From contig KZ538915.1 of assembly GCA_000934665.2 (NCBI GenBank), positions 1 to 40,453 on the forward strand: a stretch of 40,453 nt of DNA, read 5' to 3'. Origin of the DNA: Catajapyx aquilonaris (Eukaryota). Below are positions 1 through 11,100 of the stretch, one piece after another (the first letter of the stretch is position 1; the number at the start of each line of letters is the position of its first letter). The notes below the pieces were generated by a model that ran no database searches, was not told where the DNA came from, and worked only from the letters and a program-made list of their open reading frames with translations. The position numbers were made by a program, and so were the translations under genes.

Positions 1-1499
1 GGTTGTTCCAACGTGCGCACAGGAGGCGACGACGACAGAATTGCCAGGGGGGGAAAAGCGGCGCACTGTAAGGAAATTGTAGGGAGGGACATCATCAGAC
101 TGGCCAATTTGCAGTGGGCCACGTTATAATTGCATCGGGCAGAAAAATAGCCTGGCAATTATTCGGGTCACGTATTAAACGGGTGCGGAATAGGGCAGCC
201 ACTAGTAGGAAAGAACACGGGGCTTTTCCTCTCTCCATCAGGCTTCCGGATGAAATTAACTGGCGGAAAGGTGCGGGGCATCCAGCATGGCACCTGCCCG
301 CACCCTCCAAAATACTCGTGGGCGTTACTGCGGGTGTATTATAGTGCAGTGCAATGCCTGATGTGTACTATATATATATATATACATTGAAGATTACAGC
401 ACGAGGATATGCCACGCGACACATGCACAGCGCACATGTTCCCTTCGTATGAAGACCGGCTGGGTACATCGGTCTCATTTATTATTGTACAGTGGAGATA
501 GATACGCGAATGCCTGTGGCATCAGGCCGTGTATCAATGGCTCGATCAGCTGCATCTGCACGATAATATATGATTATAATAGAAGAGTGTTGCCGCATGG
601 GGGGAAGTACGTATTATCCCTGTTGGCGATGCGGTGTAATGCATCATCGGAGGATGATCCGGATCGACTCTTGGATCGGTGTCATTGACTGCCTGGCTGA
701 TGCTGCAAGTCCACCGTCGTCATCCTCCTCTGATGGTCTGGCCGGCGCGTGACCGGCACATCACCACCAATTACCAGGCAATATATTTAATACTTAATAG
801 TCCTCTGTTGGGCAATAAAGTGGCTGAGGATGGTCATGCTGGGCGGGTCGGGCAGGAGGAAAAACCAAACGTCAGCCACCAGATGATGCGCGACATGGGA
901 CTAATGACATTAAGCCTGTCTCTTTATTATGTGATGATGGGAGAGTGAGGGACGTTGCATGCCTTTGTCACTATGTAGTTGACATTGCTCCATTCTCACA
1001 CACTCCCTCTGTGTCATTCCCAATTTCCCGTCACCCCGTCACACCTCTCGTCATTTCCTATCTATACCTTTGATTCCGCGACTGACTGACCACAAAGCGT
1101 CATTATTGCCTCCCAGATCAAAGAATCGCCCTCGCCACTTTCGTGCAGCATATAATTATAGGCATCATTATGCGCCCTAATCACCACTATACCACTCTCC
1201 ATCCTGACATCAACATTATCATTTGCATTTGAGCTATTTACAGGAGCACATTTAAAGTTACGAGATATACCTGCAGCGGGAGTTGCAACCAGATCAACGA
1301 GCCATGCAGATCAGCTGATGCTATCCTTCGCCGAACGTCACGTTACTTCCACCATGGTATACACAAACAGACTGAAGGGATTTCAATAATGCTCGGGGGG
1401 ATATAATGGGTGGGTGTACGTATAGGGGTCACATGCTGGACGACGCTGACCCCTCGAGTCCTCTCCCGTGCTGCATATTTTATAATAAATTCTCAAAAC

Positions 1500-2340
1500 G
1501 AAGTGGAAACTAATCCCCTGTCTACACTCGTGTGTGCACGGCGGCAATCGCATAAATGATTATTTATGACTACATCATAAGGATGAGGGAGACAGGAGAT
1601 AATCCAAGTTGTGGAGGCTGGAACCTATTCATGCTGAACCTAATATAATTATTGCATATGTGTGATGGCCAACACACTTTGCGGGGTGGATGCCGTTACA
1701 TTTCATACAAAATTTTAAGACAGGGGCCTCGCTTCTGAAAATGCACAAGACTGCACCTCCGAATTCCGCATCACATTGTACCTGCCTGGTGTCCGCCTTG
1801 AGGAGATGAAATAGCGTCATATATTGGGGTTGATTGGCTCGCTGTAGAGTTGGCGGAGATAATGTCTGACCTTTACGCGCCTAATCACCATCAAACCAGG
1901 GAAAGATGCACAGTTCTAACGTAATCCAACGCTATTATAACTATACCACAGGATAGCCTACATACTCTATAATTATGCTTGGTGTGACAGAAAATCTTTG
2001 GAATAGTTGTGACGAGATTTGGCTAGTCCTGATTGTGTTGCAGCAGCTTGCAGCGGGTTGGTCTTTCTCTCTTTGACCAGCAGTCCCAACATATATAGGC
2101 GGAATGAGACTCGATGCAAAACCTGCTGCCTGCGGAATAATATTGGGATGTACGGTACTGTATAATGCCCGTGTACGGAGCAGGTGCGCGAGTGTTTGCA
2201 ATCGACGATCCAACGCAATAAGTCCCTTCTCCCGACATCTGTTGCCAGCGACGAGAATCGACCCGCCCATGCACCGACAGACAGAGCTTTCGTCGGTCTT
2301 GAACCAAACCAGTTCCCAATATACCGCACTTTTCGCGCTG
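1500..2340 (-). mobile_element. Highly decayed non-LTR retrotransposon relic (RT thumb to RNase H region)
   Basis: Ordered motif echoes on the minus strand: VRYIGNWFGS (2329-2300; cf. RYLGVxxD), LHRVSFRLYMLGLL (2119-2078; cf. HRxxLRxxLGLP), CIFPGL (1910-1892; cf. IPGL), TLFHLL (~1817-1800) and ASTPQSVLAI (1693-1664; cf. STxAELxAI). Recognised by eye only. Confidence 0.4.
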
Positions 2341-4640
2341 TAAATGGGGTATGATGCACGACCTTTTATACAAGTACCGTATACAGCAGCCCGGCAAGAA
2401 AACTCCTCATTGTCGGTATACAAGGTAATACAGTCCACGTTGATCAAATTGACTGCAACTGTAAAAAAAAAGATACGTAGCCTACATGAAATATATTATA
2501 ATCTTCTTTTTCTTTCGCTATACAGTACATGCGGTGATGTAAACGGGCTACTCTGCGAATGACAAAGTATATGTAGGAAATAAGCTCCTTCCCACTTAAA
2601 CCACGCTGATTTGGATTTTTTTTTTTAAATCACGTGTATCGGCATTGGATAAACCACCAACAAAATCGGCGGCAGCGACTAAAGCAACAATATTATAATA
2701 ACAAACAACTGATATTGCTTCTTGGTAGACATAAAAGGGGATGACGTTCCACGGCGAATAATCCTGGAAGATTGAATTTCAAGCGATCCTTATTATTATA
2801 CTCTCCAGATTCTTATCCGGAGGATTTATTCCATCCCTATATAAGCAAGCAATCCTGCTCCTTCCTATACCGCTCCTCGTGCGTCATTACACTGGCTTCA
2901 TTTCACTCGCTCCTTTGTACTTAATGTAGTATACGTGTTGTAGGCTATATTATAATGAAGTATATTATAGGCATATAGATCGGGGAAGGATCTCTTTCTT
3001 TGCAAAATCATCCGTCTGAGTGACATTTGCGAACTGGTTGGGGAACGAGGTGGTGCAGGGTGCCCTTGCATCATCAGCTCCTCCTCCTCCAAGCGCAACC
3101 TGAACCAGAATTCGAGTAGACATATTATAGGCTATACATGTGGACGGACTGGACTTTGTTGACACTTCGAAATAATCCAGCCTGTATTATTGTAACACTC
3201 GCGGTCGGGTTTTATTTTTAAAATAGGGAGCTGGGGGAGGTCTGTTATGATCAGCCTAATGGACCGCTCTGTTTGCGCTTGTTTTTAGTGCACTGTATAG
3301 CGAACTACTGCGCGCATTTTTCTGGTGTTATTTCCCATCCGGATCAGGGAATAACACGTGGCGGACCCTGTGATTGGTTTTGGGTGCACTGCACTGTATG
3401 TCGGGAAACAAGGCTTATTACCTTTACACAAACGCATGCAGTTCATTATACTATCGAGGGAGGCATCACAAAGTCGAGTAGGAGGCCATACCAGAGCACA
3501 GCATGCCTATGATGCCAGCAGGATGATCTGAATACTTGCTGTGATGCTGCCAGCAACTTTCAATGGAATCGGAAAAGTCACTCCCAAATGTTTTGCTTTT
3601 CTGCACCAGTTTTATAATAAGGCAATGGCACCATACTGCACTTTTGTGGACAAATGTATAGCTCCACAGAGATCTCCATGGAGCATGAATAACTCGAAAT
3701 GTGCATAGAGTAGGTGACACCCCCAGTAATTGCTACGCGGTTACCGGAGCTGATACTTGGCTTACGATGCCACGCATGCCTGGATGATGGGCCAGCATTC
3801 CTTCTTCTTCCGGCATCGCCACACAGGAGTTTGCCATTGGGGTCTTCCTATATGTACTTGCCAATGACAAGGAGAGAGTCTTATTCGCAATTAGCACATG
3901 AAAAAGCCATGCAAGGGACTCGCACTATAATTATTATGTTATGGAAGACGTTTCGTCACGACAATTTGTCCAAACATCGGAAATGAGCTCTTGTCACCAG
4001 AGAGGATTATGCGGGCTCAGTCTATGTAATCGATGTAATAATCATTATATACCCTATTCGTCATAGAGTTACTTAAATGTCATGTCCCCCCCCCTCAGAG
4101 CCAGCCTGCGACTCTCTCAGTGCTCGGAAACTGTCTGCTACATCTGATGAGATTACCCGAGGTCTTTTGGAAGGATGCATATCTTTCAGGACACAGTCAT
4201 TCACACGGCAAGAACATATTAGTTGGGTAACGAGGCTGGTGAGGTTACATTACACCACTATTTATAGAGTCAACACAAGTCTGAATCATTATAAGAAACC
4301 GTTTGAATCGCGCAGAAGTATAGAGGGAGCACCACCTCATAATCACTATATGTGCGTAATTGATGGCGATAAGTTTAATCGGCATGAGCCTGGGCCTATA
4401 GGGGCATCTTCCCACGACCGGCAAAGCCATGCGAAATGATAACACATTGGCAAAGCGCGTTAATGAGCCTTCTCTCCGGCGTTGGCCACTCTGGGCATAG
4501 CTCCTCGTGGGGAAAAGGGTTGTTGTCACTTGTTGAATTTGGGATGGGTCTCCCACCCACCCTTCCTCCCACCCACCCTCCCTCCCTCCCACGAAAAAAA
4601 AACTAACAAGAAGAGAGAGAAAAATCCGTCGAGAAAGGAG

Positions 4641-4644
<4 letters not shown>

Positions 4645-4690
<46 letters not shown>
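4645..4690. repeat. (CT)23 microsatellite
   Basis: Read directly. Confidence 0.97.
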
Positions 4691-4693
<3 letters not shown>

Positions 4694-5336
4694 GGTGTGT
4701 TGCGCAACCAGGGTGTGTGAACAGCGTCCTCTGGGCAACACGATATCTTGATTGGTGTGGCTGCCAATCAATCATCGGTGCTTCTGACACGGGGGGGGGA
4801 AAGAGTGGCTCTCAGCAGGTGTGTTTGTCTTAAGGCGGGGGTGTATAGCTTGTGTATAGGGTCAGGCATCAGTGCTCGGGGAGCAACACAAGAGTGTAGT
4901 TGTCACTCGCCTCTGCTGATGTTCTACATGTGCCAGCCAATGGGAATCTAATGCGAGGCACACGTTCCGTACACAGCAGTGGTGTGTGCATTCATGCTGG
5001 CGACGCCAACCATATAAATTGTCCCGGCCAGTTAAGCCTGAATAGTGTGTTTACACCGTCGCCGTCGCTTCGTCGCAGCGTCGGCGGAGGGAAGAAATAA
5101 GAGAAAGAAGGAGGGGAAAAGAGGAGGTGGAAGAAAGGGAGACGAGGACAAACAATAATATAATTGAGGAGAAGCATCTGGCACCTTTCCCGACAAATAC
5201 CCGGGTCTTCGAGGAACGGGGACCACTGAATAAGAGAGGGTGCGCATCACGTTTACACATGTGAGCGATTTGATCGGGCGAAAAGCGATTGTTACCACAT
5301 GATTGTTACTTTCGGCCCAAACAATTATTGAAGACC

Positions 5337-5940
5337 ACAATTCAATAAGGGCCCAATTGTGAAAATAGAAAATGTCCAGGAAGCGAAAAACACCCTGTTC
5401 ATGGTATGGTTCATGGCAATATATTGTGCTCTAAACCTAATGACAGATATTTATACAACATGAATACCTGACCGCACTTTCATCGAAATCGGCATGTAAT
5501 TTATATTTTATTTAAACACTTTTAATGCTCGCAATTGGGCTCTTCTTGCATTGTATCGTTCCTTTGGCTTAAATATGGAGAAATAAACCGTCTCAGGATA
5601 AAATTAATGAATGATTATGATATACAGGAGACATAGTATTCGCCTCAGAGTATTTACACATGATATTTAATTATATTTAATGTTTTTTTGGTCTCCCATG
5701 CCACATAGGTCTACCTTATAAAGTAGCGGCCATTTTTGACCCCTTCCCGAGGGCGTAGGTCAAAGATTTTTTTGGTGGCATATAGACCCACGAGTCTATA
5801 CTTTATTTTCCACTATAGGTTTAGCACTGCTCTTAAGAGGGGAACGTTCTAAGTGGTAAAGTAATGCATCTCCTTTAGAAGTAGCGCTGAGACAAAATTC
5901 ACGTCGAGGTTTAATATCACCGCTATTTTCAAAACGCGGG
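5337..5940. mobile_element. AT-rich segment, probable non-autonomous DNA transposon remnant with a 26-bp imperfect inverted repeat
   Basis: Abrupt AT-rich block. ACAATTCAATAAGGGCCCAATTGTGA (5337-5362) pairs with TCGCAATTGGGCTCTTCTTGCATTGT (5529-5554) at 22/26. Boundaries are uncertain. Confidence 0.35.
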
Positions 5941-5947
5941 AGACTTG

Positions 5948-6037
<90 letters not shown>

Positions 6038-6050
6038 CCATCACCATCAC
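5948..6050. repeat. (TCA)30 microsatellite with a short degenerate CCATCA extension
   Basis: Perfect TCA units 5948-6037, then CCATCACCATCAC. Confidence 0.97.
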
Positions 6051-7449
6051 GACACTATTTCCCTATGAGGGGTATAGTCAGCGATGACGGGAGCCACAAG
6101 CTAACCCAAAATATGAACTAAATTAAAACTTGCGAAAATAAACCTATAAACAACCCGTCCCGCCCCCCACCCCTGCCCACCTCAGACGACAAACTCTGAA
6201 TATTAAATTTAAATGTTACACTATGCAACGCGGTACTTGTAGTGTATTAAAATCGCACTTTTCAAGATAGTGACAATCACGTTTGTCACGCGTTTTGGTC
6301 CGTCGCTGATGGTTATAGAAGCCTTTTTCAAGCATTACTATAGTGACATTTCGTCTCTCCTTGCATTTTATACGGATGGACATCCACCAGAGGAAGAAGT
6401 AGAACATGCCATAAAAGCATCTCCGTACAAATTGACAGGTGCTGGGCCCTTACTGCATTGTGCGGGCATTCAATTGCGGGATTCATCGCCCGGCATCGCG
6501 CTATCAAACCGCTCGAACATGTAAACGCACCTTTATTATACAGGTGACCCCAGACAACCTCGGTGCACTGTGGGGCACTCATTTGGGGAGTGACATTGCC
6601 CACTGCCAGTGTGCCTGGCTCTTGCGACAATGAGGCACCACAAGGATTCGGCGCATGTTCCCACAAAAGTTGTTGAACAGAAACTATATAATTGCCCTTG
6701 GAAGTGAATGGTGGCGAAACTTTTGGAAACATTCTTCTGGACGAGAACGAGAGCCGTGCATGAGAGGGTGATGACGTCAGCAAGCACTTATTGGGCAAGC
6801 GAGAGGCGGCATCACCTCCTTGGCACCACCACCACCACCATCCGAAGTGTCGTCGTCGTCATCCCCCTGTCGTGGGAGGAGGGGACAACTCTCCTTTTAT
6901 TAATCAGGCACTTGGAAGTCGAGTCAGGCAGATTTATGTAATGGCCGAGGCTGAGAAATAAGGCGACGGCGACGCGACGGTTCTGCCTGGAAATGCTTGG
7001 GAGTGTGCTGGAAAAGGATGAGCGTCCTGGGAAGGGCAAAGAAGTGAGGTCGGATGTCGGTAGAGTTCTCAGGGGACTTGTTACCACCACGGGCAGTCCC
7101 ACTCCTGAGAGTCAACCTCGCAGCAATTTCGATTGGACCGAGGAGGCATCATCGTCAGAATGCCAAACAGGAGTATATGCACACAAAAGAGATGGAGAGA
7201 AAAGGTCCGAGGGTGAACTTGACGCGAGTCATTTGCCACACGGATGAACGCTTTGACTCTTGGAGGGGACGACGGACGGTGTTGATGACTCGGGACAGTG
7301 CCTGTGACCCTGTGTGTAAGAGTAGTACATGTGTGGTGCGTGCGTCGCTTTCAGCCTGATGTAGAATCGTGCTCTGTGTGGCCGTGAGGGGGAGGGAGGT
7401 GCAGCCAAGAAGGAGGAGGAGGCAGGGGAGCAGCAGTATTGGGGATGGG

Positions 7450-7450
<1 letters not shown>

Positions 7451-7481
<31 letters not shown>

Positions 7482-7498
7482 TGGCTGGCTTGGCTGGC
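7451..7498. repeat. (GGCT)n tetranucleotide repeat, slightly degenerate
   Basis: GGCTGGCTGGCT...TTGGCTGGCTTGGCTGGC. Confidence 0.9.
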
Positions 7499-7829
7499 AG
7501 CACCTGCCTCGCTGCCAGTGAGTGAGTGAGCCAGGTCGGTGGAGGACGGAACCGGGGGACGAGGACCACCACCACCGACACGCACGTACCATTCGGATAT
7601 AACAATATAATATAAGCACCGACCAACCAAGCATGTCCTCCTCCTCCTCCTCCTCCTCCTCGTGTGCCGGTCCGTCCATCCATCCACTAGTATACATCAG
7701 TGCGTGAGTGGGTGTTGTTGTCGTCGTCGTTGTTGTTGTTGGTGTGTTGTGCGCGGGGGTGGTGTCCGTCACCTGGAGGAGGAGGAAGGGCTTTCTAGCC
7801 CCCAGTCCATCCCAAGCAAATCTAGCACC

Positions 7830-7886
7830 ATGGCCTGCCTGTCGGCGGGCAGAGAATGTACGTCATCTTCCCCGCGGAGGAAATAG
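7830..7886 (+). promoter_or_regulatory. Candidate upstream ORF (MACLSAGRECTSSSPRRK*) overlapping the 7856 ATG out of frame
   Basis: GCACCATGG (strong Kozak-type context) at 7830 and stop TAG at 7884-7886. It is relevant only if the transcript starts upstream of 7830. Confidence 0.35.
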
Positions 7887-8135
7887 TGCGTATCTCTCTG
7901 GACCCCCCGGACGCCACAGTCTTCGAAGCGGCCACCTTAGTCTCGCAGCACCTGACCACAGCTGCGGTTGTCTCTTCGGCCGTGTCCTCGGTGGCCGTGG
8001 CGGCTGCTGCGGCCACTGTGACTGCCACCATGTCCTCCTCCTCCGCAGAGCTCAACTTCAAGGACCTCGCTCACCCGGCGCTCAACGAGACACTCAAGAC
8101 ACACAACAACCTCACCTTCAAGCTCGTCCGGATAG
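7856..8135 (+). CDS. Coding exon (N-terminal/first coding exon) of a probable Stac-like (CG43729/Dstac-type) BAR-domain protein; gene continues beyond the window
   Basis: ATG at 7856 opens a frame with strongly G/C-ending codons (TAC GTC ATC TTC CCC GCG GAG...), unlike the surrounding DNA. It reads MYVIFPAEEIVRISLDPP...MSSSSAELNFKDLAHPALNETLKTHNNLTFKLVRI and ends at a canonical donor ATAG|GTAATG (intron from 8136, phase 1), after which the sequence becomes AT/repeat-rich. A second in-frame ATG lies in GCCACCATG context at 8030. The family assignment is from recalled similarity only and was not searched. Confidence 0.75.
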
Positions 8136-11100
8136 GTAATGTCTCTCTCTCATATAATTTCTTATTAAATACGCATGTATACGCTTGGCTATATATAGTA
8201 TGTTGTAGTAGTACACCCCCGCCCGTCCCCCCACTTGCACATGGTGCTGGTGCCATGTGCTCATCCTTCCACCGCGCCATCTTTGGTGCCACACCAACAG
8301 GTCTCCCTCTCTCACACGCACACACCCATCAGCCTCTCATCCCCAGCAATGCTCTGCTGGCATCCTTCTTGCTGGTTGATTCAACATTTCCCTATTATAT
8401 CCTGCCCGCCCTTTGAATAACCATTACCCGTGAATGTAATGAATGCGCGCTTTAGAGGCCCCCTCTTCAGGGATTGCAAATCGGGGCCCGTGTACATGTT
8501 GCATTTGAGATGAATCCAATTACGACACCATTATGTAGCAGGCAAGGCAGGCAGGCAAGGCTCGCAGGCAGAGAGAGAGAGGGAGAGAGTGTGTGTCCCC
8601 GAATAGAATTGCCTCTCTCTCTACAGTGTGTGGTGCAGTCGAGGGAAAAAAAAGAAATTGTGTGTGAGCGTGTGTGCGTCTGGGGCCCAAAACAGCTGTT
8701 GGACCAGTCTGCTTACGCTGACACTGTCCGTAACAACCCATTACGTACGAATACCTGCCGCACATCCCGCTCACAATACTGATGCTGCTCGAGGGAGGGA
8801 ATAAGGGGGCCTTTCTATTCGACGCAACTGCGCAATAATACACGACCCCTTCCGCAATATTCAATCGGCAACAATGTCATCGACACTGTACGACTAAATG
8901 ACGCTCATTTGTCGGGAAAGGGAATTAGCACTGGCTACCAATTTGTCCCGGCAAAACGGTCGGGCCATTTAAAATGCTGCACACTGGTCGCATCAATCCA
9001 ATGCAATGGCTGGGTGTGCGGATGCCGAAATTGGCCGATCCAGAGCCGGGCAATAATACGCAGCCTGTGTATGCTTACCGTGGTTAAAAGTGCAACGAGT
9101 TCTTTACACCTACTTGTCAATAGTAATAAACCAAGTTACTTTAGTCCGAATTTGTAACAATCTCGATACATTTCCACGAGTGTTTTTTTTTTTAATTAAA
9201 TTCCCGCCATTTGAATAGGATATTTTCTACCTGTTCCACTACGTTATACCTGACAGGTTAAAATGACAGTTTTAAATAAAACTATTCGGCTCGCCATTAA
9301 CATGCCTACGATTGGTGTGCGGTATCCGGAACTGACACCATCACAACATGCACCTCTTTTATTTTGGGGGGCGAGTGTATAGAGGCATGGGTTGACACTA
9401 TACCACCACCACAAGAGAACCTTAGTGGCATGTGAACCGGAAGAATCGAGCGACGTGTGGCCGATGGTGGATGGATCGCCTCTATATGGCCGGAGTCTAA
9501 AAGTGTCCAGAACACAACAATATGTCACCAACACGCCAACTTACAGGCCAGGAAATTTGTCAGGGGGGGCAGAAATAACGGGGTCAAGGTCATCACCAGC
9601 AGGAGTCGCGGCCACATATTTCTGTTCGTTGCTTAGAGAGAGAAAAAACAAACACAATTGACTGGAGGAATGCCTGTCCGCAGACTTTTCTCTCTCTATA
9701 CGCCATCAAAAGAGGCAGGATCCTCCGATTGACCCGTGACCTGGTACGGTGAGAGTCGAGTGCACGAGGCCATTGTGTGTCCCTGTGTGCTGCCTGGCGG
9801 TGCAGCGGAGAATGAGTGGTTAATTAGTTCTTTTATCCGGCCAGAACTGGCCGCGTTTCCCGCTGATTGATGGATTGATCGAGTGATCCCGCCGACTGAT
9901 TGGACCCACAAAGACCACCGAAGGCCCGGATAATAACAAGCCTCTCTCTCTCTCTCTCTCCCTATCCCTCCTCTCTTGTATAGAGATAGAGGAACAAAAG
10001 GTCCCTTTAGAGCCGGTACCTGCCGGTGACACACTGACCCTCTCGGCCACGCGCGTTGGAAATTCAACCAGCGCACTCCCTTTCCGTTGTTTTGCCGGCC
10101 ATTACTATACACAGCCAGAAGTATATACATGTACCGTGGGGGGCACCGAGGGCGGTGTAATTAGGTCGCAGCAGTGCGCTGCCGGGGCTCTCTCAGCATT
10201 CGGTCGACTGAATTCGAAAATTAGAGCATTTGCACGTGAGTATCATGCCGCCCAGACGGATTCGTATATATGTGCCGCATAATGGAGTGTACCGCTCAGT
10301 TCAACGGACACCAAAGGCATCATACCATGCTTGCCTGAAACTGCCATATTAAACACCGACCATCAAACGATGGGTGGGTAGGTGGGTGCCCACCTTCTGA
10401 GCACTGGAAGGGCGTTTCACACGCTTCAGATCGCCTACAAAACCAGCCCGGGATAAGATGGAAAACATGTGAAACGACGAACCTTTGCGATTCGAAGAAG
10501 ATCGTTTGCATCCAGCATGCGACAAGATGCTGCAACCTCAGGGAGAAGATTTAAACTGGCTGCCCTTCGTTACACGGCAATATTTCCACATGTGTTATAT
10601 TATACACAGCTGTGCGACTGACCTTGATTGAGCGGCCCCGACCTTTGCCTACTGCGTGTCCGGCCTGTTACTTTTGTGCAGTCGGGCTTACCGTACAGTG
10701 TAATCGGATTTGGTCGATGGGGGGGGATTTTGAGCAGAGTGTGTGATAGAGAGAGAGTGAGTGAGTGAGTGGCAGGCAGCAAGCGTGGCCCCGAAATCAG
10801 GAGTATATAATTATATAGTATATAGCCAATATGCAACACACGTCTATACAGGCATGCCCAACTGGACAGAAAGTCATTAATTATTATAATCGCCTCGCAT
10901 ACCGATGCATGATGCTCGCTGAAGAGTATATACAGAAGCCACTTCCGGTGCGACAATTACCCTGGAGAGAAGGTGGGACGGGTGAGCTACGTTCACTCTG
11001 CCATAGTTTTGCAGGACGTTTGTGTTTTGCGAATCAAGGGGCAAACAGGCATGGCAGGCGGTTTTTGCATTTAAGACACGAAGGAAGTCGATGTTAGTCA

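Noticed and set aside
3325..3357. Short imperfect palindrome GTGTTATTTCCC-ATCCGGAT-CA-GGGAATAACAC
   Set aside because: An isolated 33-bp hairpin with no supporting context; it is not a terminator in eukaryotic DNA.
4245..4790. ORFs with RERERE/LSLSLS tracts (also 35223-35568 and 21654-21872)
   Set aside because: They are held open by microsatellites and show no coding signature.
5796..6050. Poly-Met ORF
   Set aside because: It is the translation of the (CAT)n microsatellite on the opposite strand.
8136..8416. 3' half of the 186-aa ORF 7856-8416
   Set aside because: It lies after a canonical GT donor, codon bias collapses and simple repeats appear; this is intron read-through.
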